Below, one piece after another: positions 50,013 through 63,187 of a stretch of DNA of 64,000 nucleotides (the stretch's first letter is position 1; each line of letters begins with the position of its first letter). This stretch comes from Trichosphaerium sp. ATCC 40318 (Eukaryota; Protista; Tubulinea). The translations under genes and the position numbers were made by a program. Location: assembly GCA_038496445.1 (NCBI GenBank), contig JALMLS010000479.1, forward strand, positions 209,240 to 273,239. Reading direction: 5' to 3'. The notes under the pieces are model-generated. The model was not told the origin of the DNA, did not search any database, and saw only the letters and a list, made by a program, of their open reading frames with translations.

Positions 50013-53000
50013 TTAAGCAAAGATTTGGCTCTCTCCTTCAACACCATCAGGTTTGAATATTTGAGAGCTTTGTGCTGCTCCACTGTCCATTCCATCGGCA
50101 GTAAGAACTTGGTAAGCTTTGGCAGCAGCAAGAGAAGCGAGTATAAGTGCTACAATGACAGCAATGATGATTACAGCCAAAACACCTTAAAGGTATAAGT
50201 TAGAATAGGCGAATTGTGGGTTTTCGTGACGCTGTTGCGTACCTGCACCGATTGATAGACCTGCTACAGCTCCAGCACCAATCACACATAAGACATTGTC
50301 TACTTTAGTGTTTTCACATGTGTTCTTTGAGTCTTCAGTGGCTGTGGCGTTTCTGTAAAAAAAAGTTAAGTCGAATGTTTGTTGTAGTTTCTTGAGCACA
50401 GCTTAAGGCGCTTCGTGTTATCACAAAATTAGCTCATTTCGAAAAATTCTACTTACACAAATACGCAATCAGCAATATGACAACTATCAATAGGATCACA
50501 GTCGAAACTTCCAATACGACATCCTAGTAGTCTACGAAAAAATCCAAGGTTAGTAATGAACAAAAAAAAAAAAAAAAAGAGTTGTTTTCTTACGGATGAC
50601 AAGGTGAAGCCACCAAACATTCTAGAGTTGAGTTAAAGTTTGGACACTCCTCGTATTCATTAACACATCCAATTGAAGGACTAGAGTAAAAACAATAAGT
50701 AAACAAGACAACTAACCCAACGTGTTTAAAAAGATTGAAACGTACTCGCAAATATCATTGGTACAGCCATCGAAATCATTACAAACCTCGGTTGCGTTGA
50801 TGGTTTCAGTGACACACATACCACCTGTAACGCTCAAATCACAAGTGTCAATAGTACACCTTTAATAAAACCAGTAAGTATCATCTGCAAACACGAAAAA
50901 TGATCGTACTCATTTTTGTCGTCACATAGATCTACTGCTGAACAGTTTCCAGTCATGGCGTCACATGTGTTATTGAAGCAATTGTTGATTGGTTTGCACT
51001 TGATTTCTTCTTGGCAACCTGATGAAGGATCACAAGAGTAGATCTTGCAAGGATCACCGAAATCACAGTTCTTTGGAGTGTAAACACATCCTGTATCTCT
51101 AAAGAACAAAGTTATTTTGTGTTTCTTATTGACTGACTACGGTCATGTGCACTTACTTATCACAAGAGACTTCTTCACATTCATCTCGTTTCTCACAAAC
51201 GCGAGCTTCAGTTACACATCCACCTGTGGAGAGAATGTAAGAAAACAAATTATAGAACAAGCAACAAAAGACAACGGAAACGTACTATCTGGATTACATG
51301 AATCGATGATACAAGCGTCATTGGATTCACATACAACAGCAGATACATCACATTCGCCAGTTAAAATATTACAGGCACTGTTGATACACATGTTTGGTCT
51401 AAAAAGGGTAAAGAGGTAAGAATGACGATGATTTTGTAAAAAAAAACAACAGAATCTGCTTTAGACTGTTTTAGTTTTTTGATGACGCACGTGTCACATT
51501 TTGATTTTGTATCTTCTAATTTACAATTTATCTCAGGATCACCTTTTGGACCTGTTAGGTCGCAGAATGGGTTTTGACACATATCAGACTAAAACGGTGT
51601 TTAGATGGGGATAACTTTTTGTTGAAGTATTTGTAAAAAACTTACGGCGAGCTGACTTGCTAGTATGACAGTACAGTTGACAACTCCACCATTGGAGTAT
51701 TGACATGGTCCACAATCGTCTGCTGGTGTGTGTACACATCTAGAGAAGGGTTAGCAATTAGAAAAAGAGCCTTAGGCCTTGAAATACTTACTGGCCATTT
51801 GCTGGATTACACGTGTCTGTGGTACAAACTTGATTATCGTTACAATCCTTTGGTCTTTCTGTACAACCGACAGTAGCTAATTGGAATTGTAAATAAGAAG
51901 AACGAAGAACAAACATGTGACAAAAAAGGGATGGCAAACAAATTTCAGCAACGTACAATCACAATCGTATACAGTGCAAAGATCATTTCCTTGACAGTCT
52001 CTTGGTTCATCTGTACATCCTGTGTTTTCATCACAACCGTATACTCTACATTTGTCTCCGAAATCACATTCTAGACTTTTACGTTTGCATCCATCTAAGG
52101 AAGGAGGGTTTAGAAGCAGTACTTTGAAAGTGAGATAATATGTGTTGTTTTTTAAATGTCTCAAAATCTGTTTTCGTACCATCACACCAGTGTTGCCAAC
52201 AAGCATTCTTTGTACGTCCAGGAGCACGATCAAAGCATGTAGAGTTGTCTATGATGATATCTTGGCAACCTCCTGGATTGTCACATCTCATTTCGATACA
52301 TTTATCAACGACAGGACAACTCTTGTCTGTTGTCAAACACTACAAAAAGAAGAAATATGTCAACAACCGCACAGTGCACCACAAAACTTTCAAAATGTCG
52401 TACACCAAGTTTAGGATCACAACTATCAATGATACAATCAGAGTTAGAGTCACACTGTGAGCTGATATCAGTGAAAACGCATCCAGCTGTTTTGGAACAA
52501 ATTCGTAAGTCTCAATTAAAGAAAGTCATTGTAGAACGTACTGTTTGGGTTGCATGTATCTGTTGTGCAAAGGTTTCCATCATCACATTTGATTGCCTCT
52601 TGTACACAAGCAAAACCAGCAGATGCAACACAACGTGCTGTATGACACTTATCGATTGGTTCACATGTTGATGGGCAAGTGCATTCTTGACCACAGTGAC
52701 AGAATCCTTTACAGGTAGCACCACAATCATTGTCGGTATTGACTAGTTGAATCGTTATTAAGGTGGATTTGTGCTTTAGGAAGCAAGGAGTGACGTACCA
52801 GGACAGATAACAGTTAAAATATCAGAAAGTTTTGCTTCAAGTGTTGAGAAGTCTTGTACCAAGATATGATCATCAGGCCATACTGATGTAATCTTTTTCA
52901 AGTCATCTTGATTTAGATTATTACCAACACCAACAGAAACCATCTTGTATCCAGCCTTTTTGAAAACAAAATTGTAAGTACGTCATATTTTTGAGGATGC

Positions 53001-54873
53001 TCTGAACTTACGTTTCTTGCGCTATTAGTATGAGTTGTCAAGTGTGAATCAAAGCTTCCAGAAGGTCGGTTATTACGTCCGTCAGTTAAGGTAACAATAA
53101 GCTGTTGAAAGAGGTTAGTTGAGGTTAGGACTGTAGGTCTTAGTTTGCTTGGCTAATTTTTTTTTTGTATTGGCGTACAGCTGGAACATTTGGACGTCTT
53201 CTGCGGTTAAGCTCGTCTACAGCAAGCTGTATACCACATCCAATACATGTAGATCCTCCGCGTTTGCTAATGTCTAGAGAAGGGGCATCAGAGAGAAAAC
53301 AGAGAAAAAAAGAAGATAAAAGTTTTTTGTTTTTCTTCGTTTTGTTTGGGTTTTTTTGTAACTCACTTTCAAGTTGATTTGTAATTGAGTTTTTATTCGC
53401 TGACATTTGCAATAGGTTACGTCCACTACTGGCGTACAATTTAATAGCTAAAACAAACATTATTAATAAAGTTTGAATAAAACGTTCTCATGCGGTCACG
53501 TGCCAAAATTAGCTCCGTTTGTGCCAACTTCGAAAGCTTCAACCAATTGTACTGCGAAAGCTTTCAAGTCTTTCCACTAAACTCGTATTTTAGCGATAAA
53601 CAACAGTATTTTTAACTGACGTACCTCGTTATTGTCAATAGAACCAGATTCATCAAGTACCAATACAATATCAAATACTTGACTGCACTCGTCAGTACAT
53701 CCTCCTCCATTTGGCTGTTTTCTATTGTAAACGGTTATTACTGTACCCCGCGCATAACAGAGCAGTTTAAACAAAGAAAATGATTGAAAGAGTAGAATGG
53801 TGTGGAAGGAAGATTATAATAGGCGATAATCTTAGCCACAAGAAAATTGAAGAAAGTGGCAGTGAATTTGTAAAAAAGCGAAAAAAAAAAGGGCAAGTAC
53901 TTTTTTTCAGCAACGCTGTCCAAGAAGGCGTCTGCAGGGAATGAAGCAGTTGATATTTTATCGTTATCAAACTCCCATGTTTCTCCGCTCGAAAACTCGA
54001 CGCTAAATTAATACGTTAGCGCTACTATCGCCTTTGTCCGAAAAATTTATCACGTGACGAAATTTCGTTATCACGTGATTTTATGCTTTTTTTTTTTCTT
54101 TTTTGCGTACTAGCAGATGTTGTTTCCATCGAAACAAAGTGTGTCGACCTCTCCGTTATTTGCAGATGGGCTCTCGTTGTAGCAATCACATCCGTTACGA
54201 GTACCGCTTCTACTACCTGAAGATACGAGATCCGGAACCTGTCTATCCTCACCATAACCTTCACAAGAATCCGCACACTTTCTTAGACGTATATTCTGTA
54301 AAAGTAACGCGTCAATTTTTCTCGCCTTCTATTTTAAGTAAAAGCAGGCGTTGTGTACCTCGGCATAAAGGAAAGCCTCGCTTATAGATCCTTGCGCAAA
54401 AGATGTGTAGTCCCTGTAACAATTGTGTAAGAAAGGTTTAGTTTAAGAGTAATTTTCGCCGGAACAAAACAAATAACAAAGGTAACGTACCAACCAATTC
54501 TTTCTCCGGCTTTATCATAATACATTTTAGATGCCGTGAGTGTTCCCTAAAAACGCTTGAGAATTTTGTAATATGTCCCGAATACACCGGAACAGCGTGT
54601 CCGGGCGGTAAATTGTCGCGAGGGCAAAAAACGTAGCATCAAAAAAAATCTAAACTAAATTTATCGTGTTACAGAAACAGCTTTTTTGAAGTTACCGCTT
54701 TCTTTGTTTCCGGTACGTTACAGGTACTCTTTTAGTTGTTTCTGATGGTAACTTACTGTAATGAAAGGCCTGTTTCTAATGGTAACATCTGTCGCTGTAA
54801 ACCTTGCTCTTCCGGCAGCCCAAGAGGCGCCCAAAATTGATAATAAGAGAAGCAAACAGAGATGCTGCTTCAT
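50013..54873 (-). CDS. Type I membrane protein: signal peptide, N-terminal domain, VWA (MIDAS), many Dictyostelium-type Cys repeats, TM helix, short tail
   Basis: MKQHLCLLLLLSILGASWAAG; FDIVLVLDESGSI (DxSxS), GSTCIG, LIVTLTDG; CDDxNxCTxDxC repeats; GAGAVAGLSIGAG|VLAVIIIAVIVALI; tail ending SQIFA*. Confidence 0.85.
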
Positions 54874-55568
54874 TTGTGAGACGAGTGTTTGAGTGTTCTT
54901 AGTTTTGCCACCAAAACTAAGTTTTACCAATCCGCAATGTGTACTAAACCAAATCCTTCCAAATTGCTTCACGGTTATATTCTATATCGCTGGTACGTTT
55001 TTTCTTCACGGCTCGTCGGATATGTGAACAGACTTTGTGATTTTGGGAAGTGTGCTACTTCTTGGCTCCTCCCGTCCTTACTTAAGGGCCCCTTGCTGAA
55101 CTTGCTTTATGGTGTCATGTGATAGAAAGTACTGCTATGTTGTGATATGCGCTGGATCCTTTTTACAATTATGGCAGTCCTAAAGGGTAGCCTAAAGCGC
55201 TTTAGTCCAGCTTGCCTACGCTTTTTCTCCACGAAGCTTCTCGTGTTGTCAATGGTTTAGTGATTCAGTTTTTTGAAAAAAACCCACTGTAGTGACCACT
55301 GTGGCGTTGATTTCAAGTTGAAATGACTTACTAAACAGGTGGATATGACAAGGGATATGGTTTGTCGCCGGGAAAATAAAATATGCTTCGTAGTTATTAA
55401 ATCCTTTTGTGTTTTTCTGACTTTACTTTTTGATTACCCAAGCTTCAATTGCTTTAGTTTACATTGATATAGACACTAAAAGAGTTTTATGAATGGTAGG
55501 TTGTAGTAGTACTGAATATGTGACCGGGATTTTAGCAAAGTTTCGAGAAATAGGATTCAGAACAAACA

Positions 55569-55880
55569 CCTTTTATGGGTTAGCAAAATCACACGTGCTG
55601 AGAAATATTACGATTTGAGAGTCTTCATTTTAACATACAGACTGTTAGGAAATATAACGAGATACGGTTTATTTTAAAAGTCACAATACTATTATGGGGT
55701 CCTTGTACAGGATACAGGCCTGGTTCCTTTTATGGGTTAGCAAAATCACAATTGCTGAGAAATATTACGGTTATAGAGTCTTCATTTTAACATTTACAGA
55801 CTGGTAGGAAATATAATGAGATACGGTTTATTTTAAAAGTCACAATACTGGTTCCTATTACGAGTTAGTAATATCACAAT
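55569..55880. repeat. Non-coding direct repeat: two ~122-bp copies (55569-55690, 55726-55849) plus a partial third
   Basis: CCTTTTATGGGTTAGCAAAATCAC...GAGATACGGTTTATTTTAAAAGTCACAATACT repeated with a few substitutions; degenerate start again at ~55854. Confidence 0.85.
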
Positions 55881-56471
55881 CTCAGAATTCTTAACTTTTT
55901 TCTTGGCTAGCGACTGTATTAGGTTCACTAGTATCAATTGATCGAAGCAGAAATTTCATTCTTTTCAGCATGTGAATAAAAGTTTCCTTGGAAATACGCG
56001 TCACAAAAGGGTGAATAAACAAACTAACGTAACGAATTCGCCACATATTTATTATTGACAAGTTATAAAACGCGGTTAGCGTAGCTTACCATAATGATGG
56101 GAGGCTGGTGCTTTCAATGTCTTTTTTTTGTACAATTAAAAGGAAGTACTAATTTTCACATCATACCCTATCCAACCTCAGCTCATTTCAGGCTAAAAAT
56201 CCTATTGAGTTTGGTTCCATAAAAAATCACTATGATTTTTAATAGGCTGACGGTACATCACGACATCATCGTTTATGTATCTTACATATTTATATAAAAT
56301 GTATTAATCCACTAAATGTAAACTACCACTATAGGACGTCTTTTAATTGGGGTTTTTTTTTTTGCTTTCTTGTTTATCAACGCTAGCCTGCGTTATACCG
56401 AACTATCACTGGAGCTGCTTATATGTAGATTTACTACGCTATGTGTAAAGGAATGTTTAGCTACATTCAAG

Positions 56472-57014
56472 TTAGCTTGCTTGTTGTACGTCGATGGGAG
56501 TATGACACAATGCTTCATACAAGTTTCTTCTACATTCCAACCGAGCCGAATTGCCTTCATTTTGGAGGTATGCTTGTATCCTCCTCTTCTTTTCTTCCCG
56601 TTCCAGCTTATTCTGAATGCGTTTGCGTCTTGCACGCCTGTTTTGGAACCATATACGTACTCTTTGTGTTGATATATTGAGAGCTTTCGAAAGACGATTT
56701 TGGCAATCTTCATCAGGAAATGTAGCAATACTGAAGGCATCCTCAAGCATACGCTTTTCGATCATTGTAAAAGCTCTTCTTTTACTCGTAAGACGTCTTC
56801 TTTTTTTAATAATGCATCCGTCTGGTCTTTGTTTACGCTTACGCCCACATCGTTTGGTTTGTTTTGCTTTTTTGATGGTTTTTTCTATCTTCGTTGTTGC
56901 ATCGTGCCAAGCGAGCGTTTTCTTCCTTGTAGGAGCTTTATATTTAGTCTCGTACTTCCCTTGTTGTGGTAAAAGCGATTTAGGTATAGGAGATAGTATT
57001 TTATAGAGCTCCAT
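56472..57014 (-). CDS. Homeodomain transcription factor (non-TALE, Q50)
   Basis: KRRAFTMIEKRMLEDAFSIATFPDEDCQNRLSKALNISTQRVRIWFQNRRARRKR. Confidence 0.9.
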   Translation of the reverse strand: MELYKILSPIPKSLLPQQGKYETKYKAPTRKKTLAWHDATTKIEKTIKKAKQTKRCGRKRKQRPDGCIIKKRRRLTSKRRAFTMIEKRMLEDAFSIATFPDEDCQNRLSKALNISTQRVRIWFQNRRARRKRIQNKLEREEKKRRIQAYLQNEGNSARLECRRNLYEALCHTPIDVQQAS

Positions 57015-58349
57015 AATCTTACGGGCTTTTCGACTAAAAACAATAAAATTTTTGGTGACGTGTTTGTTTTATCAATTTTATTGCTCCTCAAATGTCGGGA
57101 ATATCGGGACATATACTTTAATCGGTTCTCAAGCGCCTCTATATGTAGATACATTACGATTATGGAGTTTTGTATTTCTAATTAAAAAGAAAAGATGTCT
57201 AAAAAAGGAAAGTGCTTTTTCGAAAAAGCAACGCTGCCGCAGGTTGCGGGTTTTTGTTTGTAAGAAAGCTGGATAAAGATCTTATTCATTTGTATCGTGT
57301 CATACATTAATTAGTAGTTAAGACTTAGTACTCCCGAAATTAAAGGGATAGTAGTCAAAAGTCTGTTACAATAAAACTGCACTTTAGGTATTTTTTGGGT
57401 CTTTTGGCATCTTACCCGCGTCGCGTTGTGTGCCTTCTCTTCAGTGTTTAATTTTAGTACCAACTAAACTTTGGAAAGGATTGCCCTTATTAGACCATAG
57501 TGGTAACAGTATTGTGTTTGGGAAGGTTTGGAGCACAATCTGTTTGACTTTCGAACAACCTAAAATGTGTAACCTCGCTTGGGAATAGGCAAGAATGATA
57601 GTGGTGTCAGTTTGTTGGGTGAAGAGAGTACGTGATCAAGCCTATTGCCTGATGTACCCTCGCCTTAGTATCTGTAGGAATACAATAAGTGCATGCGGTC
57701 CTTTAGCACCATGGAATTGCTGCAGCCTGTCGCAGCTGTGGTTGCTGACAACTTCTATGAAACACTCCCAGTCTCTTTCTTACGTAGGCTTCTGCCTGAA
57801 GGCCAGTTGATCAACAAGATAGTCATGAGCTCATATGCAAATGTCAGCTTATTGAGGCCATCATTGCTTCGATTATCTTGTAGTGGAATCACCTTTTAGT
57901 GCAAGTTTTATACAACGTGATAAACAAATAATTCTTTGGTACTCTTTTTATTGGTCTAAGCTACAAATCGTCAACAGTGGCTTTAGCCAACTGAAGCAGT
58001 ATGTCCAAATCGACGCGGCAAGTCCACCGTGATGACGTTAATGGTCCAAATTGCATTCCTAAAAAAAAGACTCGCGAAAAATGGCTGTGTATTCATTGTT
58101 CGAGCGTGATGGATGCTTTACATCGCTCCGGTGCAAATTCAATACTGTGACTCTTGGCTAGACACGTACCAGGCTAAAACAGGCTACAAGTCAATATTCA
58201 AGCGAATTTTTATACCCAAGAGCGATATAGTAGCGCTCTGCTTGGGTTTCTGGCAGTAAATAAATTGGCACGTGATTTTGTTTGGTTTGCTGAGCCGAGT
58301 GTTCTGTATTTAGTCAAAAACAGTCGAAAAAAGGTGCTAGCTGAGCAAA

Positions 58350-60465
58350 ATGGTACGCACAGCTGCTATTATCTTGTGTATTGTCGCCTTGGTGCTATGT
58401 AAAGACTTTTATGTGGCTGAAATAGAGAATGCTGGTTATAACAAGTTGAATACAATCAAAAACTTACCGGGAGTTGATTGGTGGATTGAAATAGGCGACA
58501 AGCTTGCTATACTTGGTAAAAGTTTGGAAAAAATGTTGTCAGCTCACAACATTGATTTTTCGCACAGTCAGTTGTCAAAAAGTGATCACCAAGAGTATGT
58601 ACAATACGCAGCTTTTTTATTTTGTCATTGTGAAAAATCAACATACCTTTCCCTGCCAACGACGTATTTCTTTGCTCAACTGCTCTACATAGGTTCCTTC
58701 TTTTACGTTGGAGAGAACCAGTAACTTTGAACGCTCGTGAAGCCCAAGAATTGATTTCTCACCGCGGATATTCCATATTCAGCATCACTGAGCCATACAC
58801 TTTCAATGTACGTGTTTTACAGTTTTATGATACCGTACGAATGGCGCTCAAGTAACAAAAAAGAAACTTTACACAAAAATGTCGCTTCGATGTCACGTGA
58901 CGTGTTAAAAACTCATTCTTTTGTGATTGGTTGGTTTTGAAAGTTCGTTTTTAGGTTGAAGATGTAAAGCGACTTGTCCCAAGTGCTCGTGATCCAATTG
59001 CTATGAGATTTGAGCCAAACACTGTATTGATGAGATACACTGAAAATAACGAGAGTTATAACAAGACTGTAAGCATAAAGAACCCAACAATTGAAGAGAT
59101 GGTACAACATAAAACATACGAAAAACATTTTCTTTTGTAAAGTTAATCAAATGTACAGTTGGCTGAATTGAGTGAAAACAGATGGTTTTCTCAAGTTACT
59201 ACTCTTGCCAACTTTAACAGGTACACATACGGTGATGATATACGTAATTCAGAGGTACAACAAAGACACTATGACTAAAAATTTATAACAACTTCTCTTG
59301 TCACCCACAAAGAACCTTACTAAACTGCTATACCATAGGAATGGATAATAGGATATCTTGATGGTATTGGAAATGGAAATATTCAGGTTACTTCCCAACA
59401 ATACTCAATCGGTACTTGAAAAGAGGAGCTCGTATTTAATAAAGTTTTTAACTTTTCTTTTTGTGTTTAGGTTCGCGTCAAGCATGGAATGTTATTGCAC
59501 GTATAGATGGTACACAAAATCCTGATGATTGGTATATTTTAGGCGCTCGTACGTTATAATGGCATTAGCCATATTTCTGTTGGTTGGAAAAGACACGTGG
59601 GTTGAAAGGTTTTTTTGATTTATTTTTAGACTATGACAGCATCTCTGAACGACCAACTACACTTGCTCCAGGTGCTGAAGATGATGGCAGTGGTTCTGCT
59701 GCGCTTTTAGAGATGGCTCGTGTCTTCAGGTATAAACAAACTGTGACATATTTTCTTCGCTTTTTTGTGCAGCCTCAAGAGACTGATTTTTTACCAACGT
59801 TTAGTAACAACCCACCACCTTCAACTGTTTTTCTTATGTGGTTTTCCGGAGAAGAACAAGGTCTTTATGGGTACGCAATTAATATCTGATGGTAATCATT
59901 GATTATTACTTAGAAGCGACTTCCAAGCTGGTAAGATAGTTTCAGATGGCGATAAAAATAAAGTCAAACTTGTGCGTGAACTGATACTTCTTCAGTATTT
60001 TATTGACCTAAAGTACTGCTGTTAGGTTATGTGCATGGATATGGTTGCATACTCTGTAAGTACCACCAATTTGCGTGTCCTACTAGAGACATATAGACAA
60101 TTCGCGGCTATCCTTGATCCGTTTATAAAAGCAGCTGAGACTGTACGTACACTATCTTTATTCCACCCCTTCGCTTATACACATATCTAGTACACATCAA
60201 TGGGACCTGTGGCAACTACTTACAGCCCTTTTGGCTCTGATCACATGTCATTCCTGAAGCGAGACATGCCAACTCTTTTGGCTATTGATAACGACTGGAG
60301 TCGCTATTCTCACTATCATAAGACTACCGATACTCCTGTATGCTTAATGACTAATCCAAACGCGACTAAAAACCTCTTTAGGATAAGTTGACAAAAGCAA
60401 TGGCGACTGAAATTATCAAAATGAATGTTGCGGCTGTAGCGACAGTACTTGGTTACGGACAGTAG
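58350..60465 (+). CDS. Secreted M28 zinc aminopeptidase, multi-exon
   Basis: Signal peptide; GAHYDS, APGAEDDGSGSAALLE, FSGEEQGLYGS, MDM, SDHMSF, YHKTTD. Confidence 0.9.
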
Positions 60466-60701
60466 TATGCTTGTATACAATAGTGTATAGCATATTAACT
60501 ATGCTTATTCTATACATAAACAACGCCAATGTTCAGTTTGACTTGCGTACTGAAAGCAAACTTGACTTTCTTTTTTTTCTCTGATTTCATTGAAATCTAC
60601 ACGAAGTTAAGTCACTTCTAGGAGTTTTGAGTAACTTACGATTTTTCTTATTGGAAAATATTTTATTACATTTTGGTAATACATTCCCTCTCGTACAGTA
60701 A

Positions 60702-63187
60702 ATGTCCTGGTTATTGAGTCCCGTAGCATTAAATGAAGATTACCAGTTGCTGCAGGAAATTGGACACGGAGCGTATGCTACAGTATGGTACGTGCGGTTT
60801 TAAGGTGTTGTGCATTAAATAGGGTCTTTTCTCACCAGATCCACCAAAAAGAGCCTGTGCTTCCTTTTCGCGCCAAATAAAGTATACAAACAATTATTAG
60901 GCGTGCAAAACATTTAAAAACGGGAGAGTTAGTCGCTATTAAGCAAATGCATCATTTATTCGATTTTGCCATTGCTAGACGCGCTCTACGGGAAATCAGG
61001 CTATTACGGTTCCTACAACACGATAATGTACGTGTAGCTCGACTGTTTTGCTGAAATCTTATTCGCTAAACTGCAATTCAGGTTATCCGATTGCGAGAAA
61101 TCATTACAAAGAAACCTAAGGATCAATTTGACAAGCTCTATGTCGTTCTTGATTTAATGGACTGCGATTTGGATAATATAATCAACTCTTCAACCTGTTT
61201 AACACCAGACCATGTTCTAGTACGCGTTTATAAACAATTACGCACTGTTAGCAAATTTTTCAAAAGGCGTTTTTTGAAAAAAAATGAAATTTATTCATTT
61301 TCTCTGTTAGATGTTTATGTATCAACTCCTATGTGGTCTAAAGTATATGCACTCTGCCTCTTGTCTTCATAGAGACTTGGTACGCGAATATTAAGAAAAC
61401 AGTAAGGGATTTTTGTCCCTTTTAATAAAACCCTTTTATTATCGCTCATATGCTCTAATATAACTCCTTGTAGAAGCCAAAAAATATTTTAGTTGATAAA
61501 AAGAGCCTCACGCTGAAGGTAAGCGAGTTCTCGGATATTCTTAATAATGAAAAAGTTTGTCAAATTTCTGCGGATTCTATAACAATGATCTTACTGTTTT
61601 TATTTTAGATATGTGATTTGGGTATGGGAAGAGGTACTTATAAGCTTGAAATATTGTTATGTTTGCTTTAAAGTCTAAAAAAAAGAAAACAAGGAAAAAT
61701 AAATATTGTTCTAATTTTTTCTTGTTTTAGCGGAATGTTGTGGACCTTCTTTACGTATGACAATGTTATCACAAGTGGCTACACCATATTACAGGTATTT
61801 ATAAATTTCTAAATGATACATGAACCTCCAAAAACTCAAAGGACTTCAAAATTGCTTTTTTGGGTTTTTTTTGTTTCGAATCGTTTCATTAAATGTCTTT
61901 GTTCTTTAGAGCACCAGAGGGAATTTTACTACAAGGGAAAGCGTATGACCACTCTGTGGATATATGGGCCGCAGGTTGCGTTTTTGCGGAGCTCATGTTG
62001 AGGTAAAAGATTGGAACTCTATTTTTTTCCGTTTTTTCTTTTTCCTTCTCGCAAAGTTTTTGAAGTACTGACCGGTCTGTGTTTTATAGGTGTCCTCTAT
62101 TTCCTGGAGGCAATAACAAAGAACTGTTATTACTTTTTACAAACCTTTTGGGTACACCAGATTTTTCTAAACTACACAAATACCCAGAGAGCAATGTACG
62201 TTTGTTGGTGTTTGTTTTTTTTTCCTAGGAAGTCTTCGAGATTTGTTTCTGTTGATGGTTTTAATTAAATCTCATTATCTGCTTTTAGTATAAAGCCATG
62301 TTGCTCGCAATGGAACCTAAGATAGGCAAGGGAATTTCTTCAATACTACCTACATGTTGTCCAGCAGGTACGGCATCATTGAATTACAAAAAAAAAAATT
62401 CTTTTACCTACCCTTCCAAAATCTTTGTTCAAACCCTTGTTTTTCTGGGCTTGTTGACTATTTTTTTACAAATTGGGTACCTCTTCGAGTTGTAGTAGGC
62501 CAAATTAAGTATATAACAATCCGATTTCCGTCTTACCTGCAGCGTGTTTCGAGCAATTATTTATTTTTTGAAAAATAGGCGTTGATCTTCTCGAAAAGAT
62601 GCTTGCTTTCCACCCTGAGGATCGGATAACCGTTGAGGTAAGTTTAAGAGTACTATCTTATCTAGTTGGCGCTATAAGATAGAAATAAAAAAAAGTAAAA
62701 ATAGTAACTCACGTGGTTTGATGCTTCAGGAAGCATTACGGCACCCTTATTTTGCAATGTTACATGATGATGACGATGAACCCACGTGTTCAGAAACGTT
62801 TCAAGGTACCTGCCCGTTATTTAACAACGACAACAACGTATTGACATTTCGTTTTTAGAAACAGAGAATCTACTTGGTGTAAGCGAGGATGCTCTTAATC
62901 TGCCGTTACTTAGGGGTAAGTGTTATGAAGAAGAATTGAAGTTTCATGTTATTGATGTTTTTCTTTTTCTTTTTTCTTTTTTCTGTTTCTCGCTCTACTG
63001 AAAAGTACTATCGGATTCTATTTAAATAAATAGATGATATTGGTATTATTGAGAGTAGTGCAAATAAAAACAAACAATCTTTGAGAACGGAGTTTTTCTC
63101 GTCTTTTTTTTGAATTTTTTTGTTTGGTAAGAAATAATCTAATGTTTGTTAGATATGATTTGGAAGGAAGTCAAGTTTTTTGGATAA
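60702..63187 (+). CDS. MAP kinase-like CMGC kinase lacking TxY
   Basis: IGHGAYATV, VAIK, ARRALREIRLLRFLQHDN, HRDLKPKN, ICDLG, VATPYYRAPE, DIWAAGCVFAE, EALRHPYFAMLHDDDDEP (CD site), last exon DMIWKEVKFFG*. Confidence 0.88.

Noticed and set aside
55569-55880. CRISPR-like array
   Set aside because: Units are ~120 bp with 2-3 copies, no repeat-spacer pattern, eukaryotic context, no cas genes.
57590-58060. Possible decayed kelch gene (PRRFGHTAS on the minus strand)
   Set aside because: Single motif followed by a stop; no coherent exon chain could be built.
58350-60465. M28 peptidase or BPL-N protein as maturation enzymes clustered with the oxygenase-repeat gene
   Set aside because: 12-22 kb away with unrelated genes between; the M28 enzyme is secreted while the oxygenase looks cytosolic.
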